From NCBI GenBank assembly GCA_047967505.1, contig CM106538.1: a DNA stretch of 64,000 nt; one strand, written 5' to 3'. Positions 60,862-64,000 of this stretch are shown here, piece by piece (positions within the stretch are counted from its first letter, which is position 1; each line of letters opens with the position of its first letter). The position numbers were made by a program, and so were the translations under genes. A model generated the notes under the pieces. It worked only from the letters and a program-made list of their open reading frames with translations, did no database searches and was not told where the DNA came from. The stretch is from Dipteris shenzhenensis (taxonomy: Eukaryota).

Positions 60862-63800
60862 GTTTGCAGCCTATTCTCTACGACTCGAGCTCTACCATGT
60901 GCTATCCACCCTTCAAGTGAAGACCTAGATCCATCCTTTGTATGACTGCACAGTACGACTTGCTGGCTCTGACTTTTGTACTTGGACTGTGCCTTCATAG
61001 GGTTGCTTGACCCGATTGTCTCCTTCATACTCCTCAACCCACATAGTCTCTTGTAGACTCACAGGTTCTTTATTACCTCGTTATCCTCTTTTTTTGTTTG
61101 CCTTTCTTTCTTACCTCCACGCCCCCGCTCCTTGCCTATCCTTCTATTTTTTACTAAGCACCCCCCCTTTTTTTCTCTTTCCCCCTTGGTGTTCTTTATC
61201 TACCTCTCTTTTAACCCCCCTTTTTTCTTCCCCCTTAATTAGTGTTTTTAATCTCCCTCTCTAAAAAATCCCTGCTCCCCCCTTTTTAATCCTTCTCTCC
61301 CTTAAATCCCTTTACATTTAATTTGTTGTTTTAGACTCCCCTCCCCATTCTTTCGGGCCCCCTCTTCACCCGATTTTTAATTGCTTTATAGTTTTATATC
61401 CCCCACCCCCTCTTCCCCTCAATTTGCTTCAGCTCTCTCCCTCTCCTCTTTCTTTACATTCATTATTAATCCACCTACTTCTAATCCTAAAGTGTATTTC
61501 TAAGCTTATGCTTGTACTTCAATTTCTCTCCCTCCTCACGCTTTCGGTATTTGGCAAATTCCCCCTCATTTTTTGGTATAAAGACTATCTACCTATTTCC
61601 TCCCAAAGCCATCGATTTCTTGTACTAAAAAACCCCCCCACCCACTACTTCTCTACTCAAACTAATTCCTTCTAAGCTCTTCCCCCACCTCTTCTTTGTA
61701 ACCACCTTAAAAATATCCCCCCCTAATTGTGGTCACCTCGTTCTCCCCTTTTATTTATCCCCATTTATTTATATAAAAATTTCCTTTATTGATCACCCCA
61801 AGTAATTGTGCTAACCCTATATTTTTCTCAATGTGTATAATTAAAATTTGCTTTTGATACACAGTTCCTCACAGAACCACTCATCTTAAACCTTTTTCCT
61901 AATATGCTCTACCTAATCTACACTTGAAACAAACCCATCTTTTTTACTTTTTTTTTAAAAACATCATGCTGGTTGAGTTTAAGGCTAAGCTTCTTGTTTA
62001 TTGTGACCCCGATAACAAGGAGGGTTTATGACACCTATCTTCCCAACTTAAGTTAACCTGATTCTTATCATGTTTTCTTGTTGGATGGTGGCAGGTAGGC
62101 AGACTCTCCTCTTCAATAAAAGTGATGCTTGCTAGGACCTATCGACTTCTATACAGTTTCCACAAAGTCATTTCTACAAAAGGGCCCACTGCTAGTCTCC
62201 TTTATAAACAAGGATTCACCGACTTGTACAAACTTTTTCGTTAATGCAATTAGTCCTATTTCATTGTCTAGCTTCGCTCTTTTGTCTTTTTACTATGCAA
62301 AGGGGTGTTGTAAAATCTTCCACACACAGGTCATTTCCCTTGCAACTCTGTATGGTTGCATATAGTACACTTAAGTCATTAAGGCCGTTTTGGCTTCTTG
62401 ACTCCCCTCTTTAACTTGTTCTTTATTTGTTTTATAAACATCTTTCTAATCCCACTGTTGTCCTTGCAGAATTATTCATCAAATGTCACAATCTGAATCC
62501 AAAACTATCTATAGCCCTCCCCTGATTTCGGCTCCCACCTCCCAAACAATACATTTAAGTCATCATGGCTTTTGGGCCTTTTTGACTCCTTTCATGTCTC
62601 TTTTTAGCAACACTATTTTATTACACTTACCTTGTGTTAGTTTTTTCCCTTTTTATATAAAACTCTTCTAAACTAGATTATTGTCATTACTGTCCACTTC
62701 CTTTACTTGCCTAATATTACTATAACCACAGCTTACCCATATATATGTTAAACCATTTTGCTTCCATACTATTTACCTACCTCACTCAAGTACCTCTCTT
62801 CCATTCCTTTTCCATTACTTTAAGTTGCACTTCTCAATACTTCTTATTCTCTTCGGGTAGATAGTAGATCATCACACTAGGTGATGACCTATTGTCTCAC
62901 CTAGTGTGTTCTATCCTACTTGCGTAAAGGTGGGTACACACACACACACACATTCACTTCCTACATTGGTTTGGTCACTTGCTCATTAAATCTCCCCCCG
63001 ACAACCTGCCCCCCCGCCCAAATCCCTCTTTCAATTTCTCTCCCTAGTATTTCCCTCTTTTCACCCACTCTCCGTTCATTTCCCTTGCATTTCCCTTATT
63101 TCCCCTTTATTGTCTTACTCTATTTATTATTTTTTCTTAACTAAATTTATTTTTTTCATTATTTTCCTTAATTTTTTGATTTCTATTTTTCCTTACTCTC
63201 TTAATTTTCTCCTTATTCCCCCTTTTTTATTTCTTTATCCCTCATTAGACTCTCTCCCCCTAGCTTACCCTCCTTCTACCTAATTTTTGATGTCTTGGTG
63301 GCCTGCATTACAAGGTTACTTTTTGGCTCTTTATCTACCATCTTCTCCTTAATTTTTTCTAATATTTTCTTAATCTTTTCCTAAGTATTCCCCTAATTGT
63401 CCTATTCCCCCTCTCCTAAAAACTTTAAGTTTTATTCCCTATAGTATTTTTCCTAAATTTATTCACTTGGTTAAAACATCCTAACCTATTCTTAAACCCC
63501 TCTAATTAAATGTCCCTAACTAAATGTAATTACTACTAACACGATATGCTAACTATTCCCTAACCAACTTATAACGTGACTCCCCTTTCCTAAACCCTAT
63601 ATCCCGACCTTCCCCAACTTAGAGGATACCATGCCTATAAATGCCCTCCTCCCCTAGTCTATTCTCTCACTTTCACTCCTGCTCATATCCGTCACTACGT
63701 TTGTATATGACACCATTTTCCACTAACTCTCCCGCCTAGCTTCCTACCTCCATTGTGCTACGTTGCTTGCCTATGCGGTCTATCTAGCTCCAAGACTTTT

Positions 63801-64000
63801 TTCCCATGCTCCTCCACAGTCCATAGACTCCACACTATCTACGCTAGTACTCACGCTCGTGCATCATTAGCTCCATGGCCTCGTGCATACAAACCTAGCT
63901 TCTGCACTGCTACAACCACCTTTACTCTATAGGTTTGCAGCCTATTCTCTATGACCTGAGCTCTACCATGCACTATCCACCCTTTAAGTGAAGACCTAGG
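60862..64000 (+). repeat. pyrimidine-rich non-coding region bounded by a direct repeat (probable long LTR sequence)
   Basis: 60862-60928 resembles 63933-63999 (GTTTGCAGCCTATTCTCTA...AAGTGAAGACCTAG); TATA-like CCTATAAAT at ~63634. Confidence 0.5.

Overview
Eukaryotic land-plant DNA from a large, TE-rich genome. A fern- or gymnosperm-like origin is plausible but is inference only. Most of the window is nested or fragmented retrotransposons: (1) a minus-strand Ty1/copia with an apparently open gag-pol running off the left edge (1-4514), inserted in an older Ty3/gypsy gag; (2) an L1-type LINE remnant (~19.0-21.1 kb); (3) a young gag-only LTR element (24641-27293, TSD GAAGT); (4) a decayed copia pol and a hAT/DUF659 fragment (28.6-32.3 kb); (5) an 11.5-kb Athila-like gypsy (33816-45329, TSD TAGGC) splitting a ~120-bp tandem array; (6) a three-level nest of an outer LTR, a Tat-like gypsy with additional RNase H (47085-60395) and an inner copia (50379-55874, TSD GAATC). 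The only recognisable host gene is the last three exons of a REXO4/Rex4-like DEDDh RNA exonuclease (10680-11086, +). Its upstream intron appears to exceed 10.6 kb and to contain the left-hand TEs plus two hAT-type MITEs. The most unusual observation is a retropepsin-like aspartic protease domain downstream of integrase in the Athila-like element, followed by further extra ORFs. No tRNA, rRNA, CRISPR array or prokaryotic system was seen. All assignments were made by eye, without database searches.
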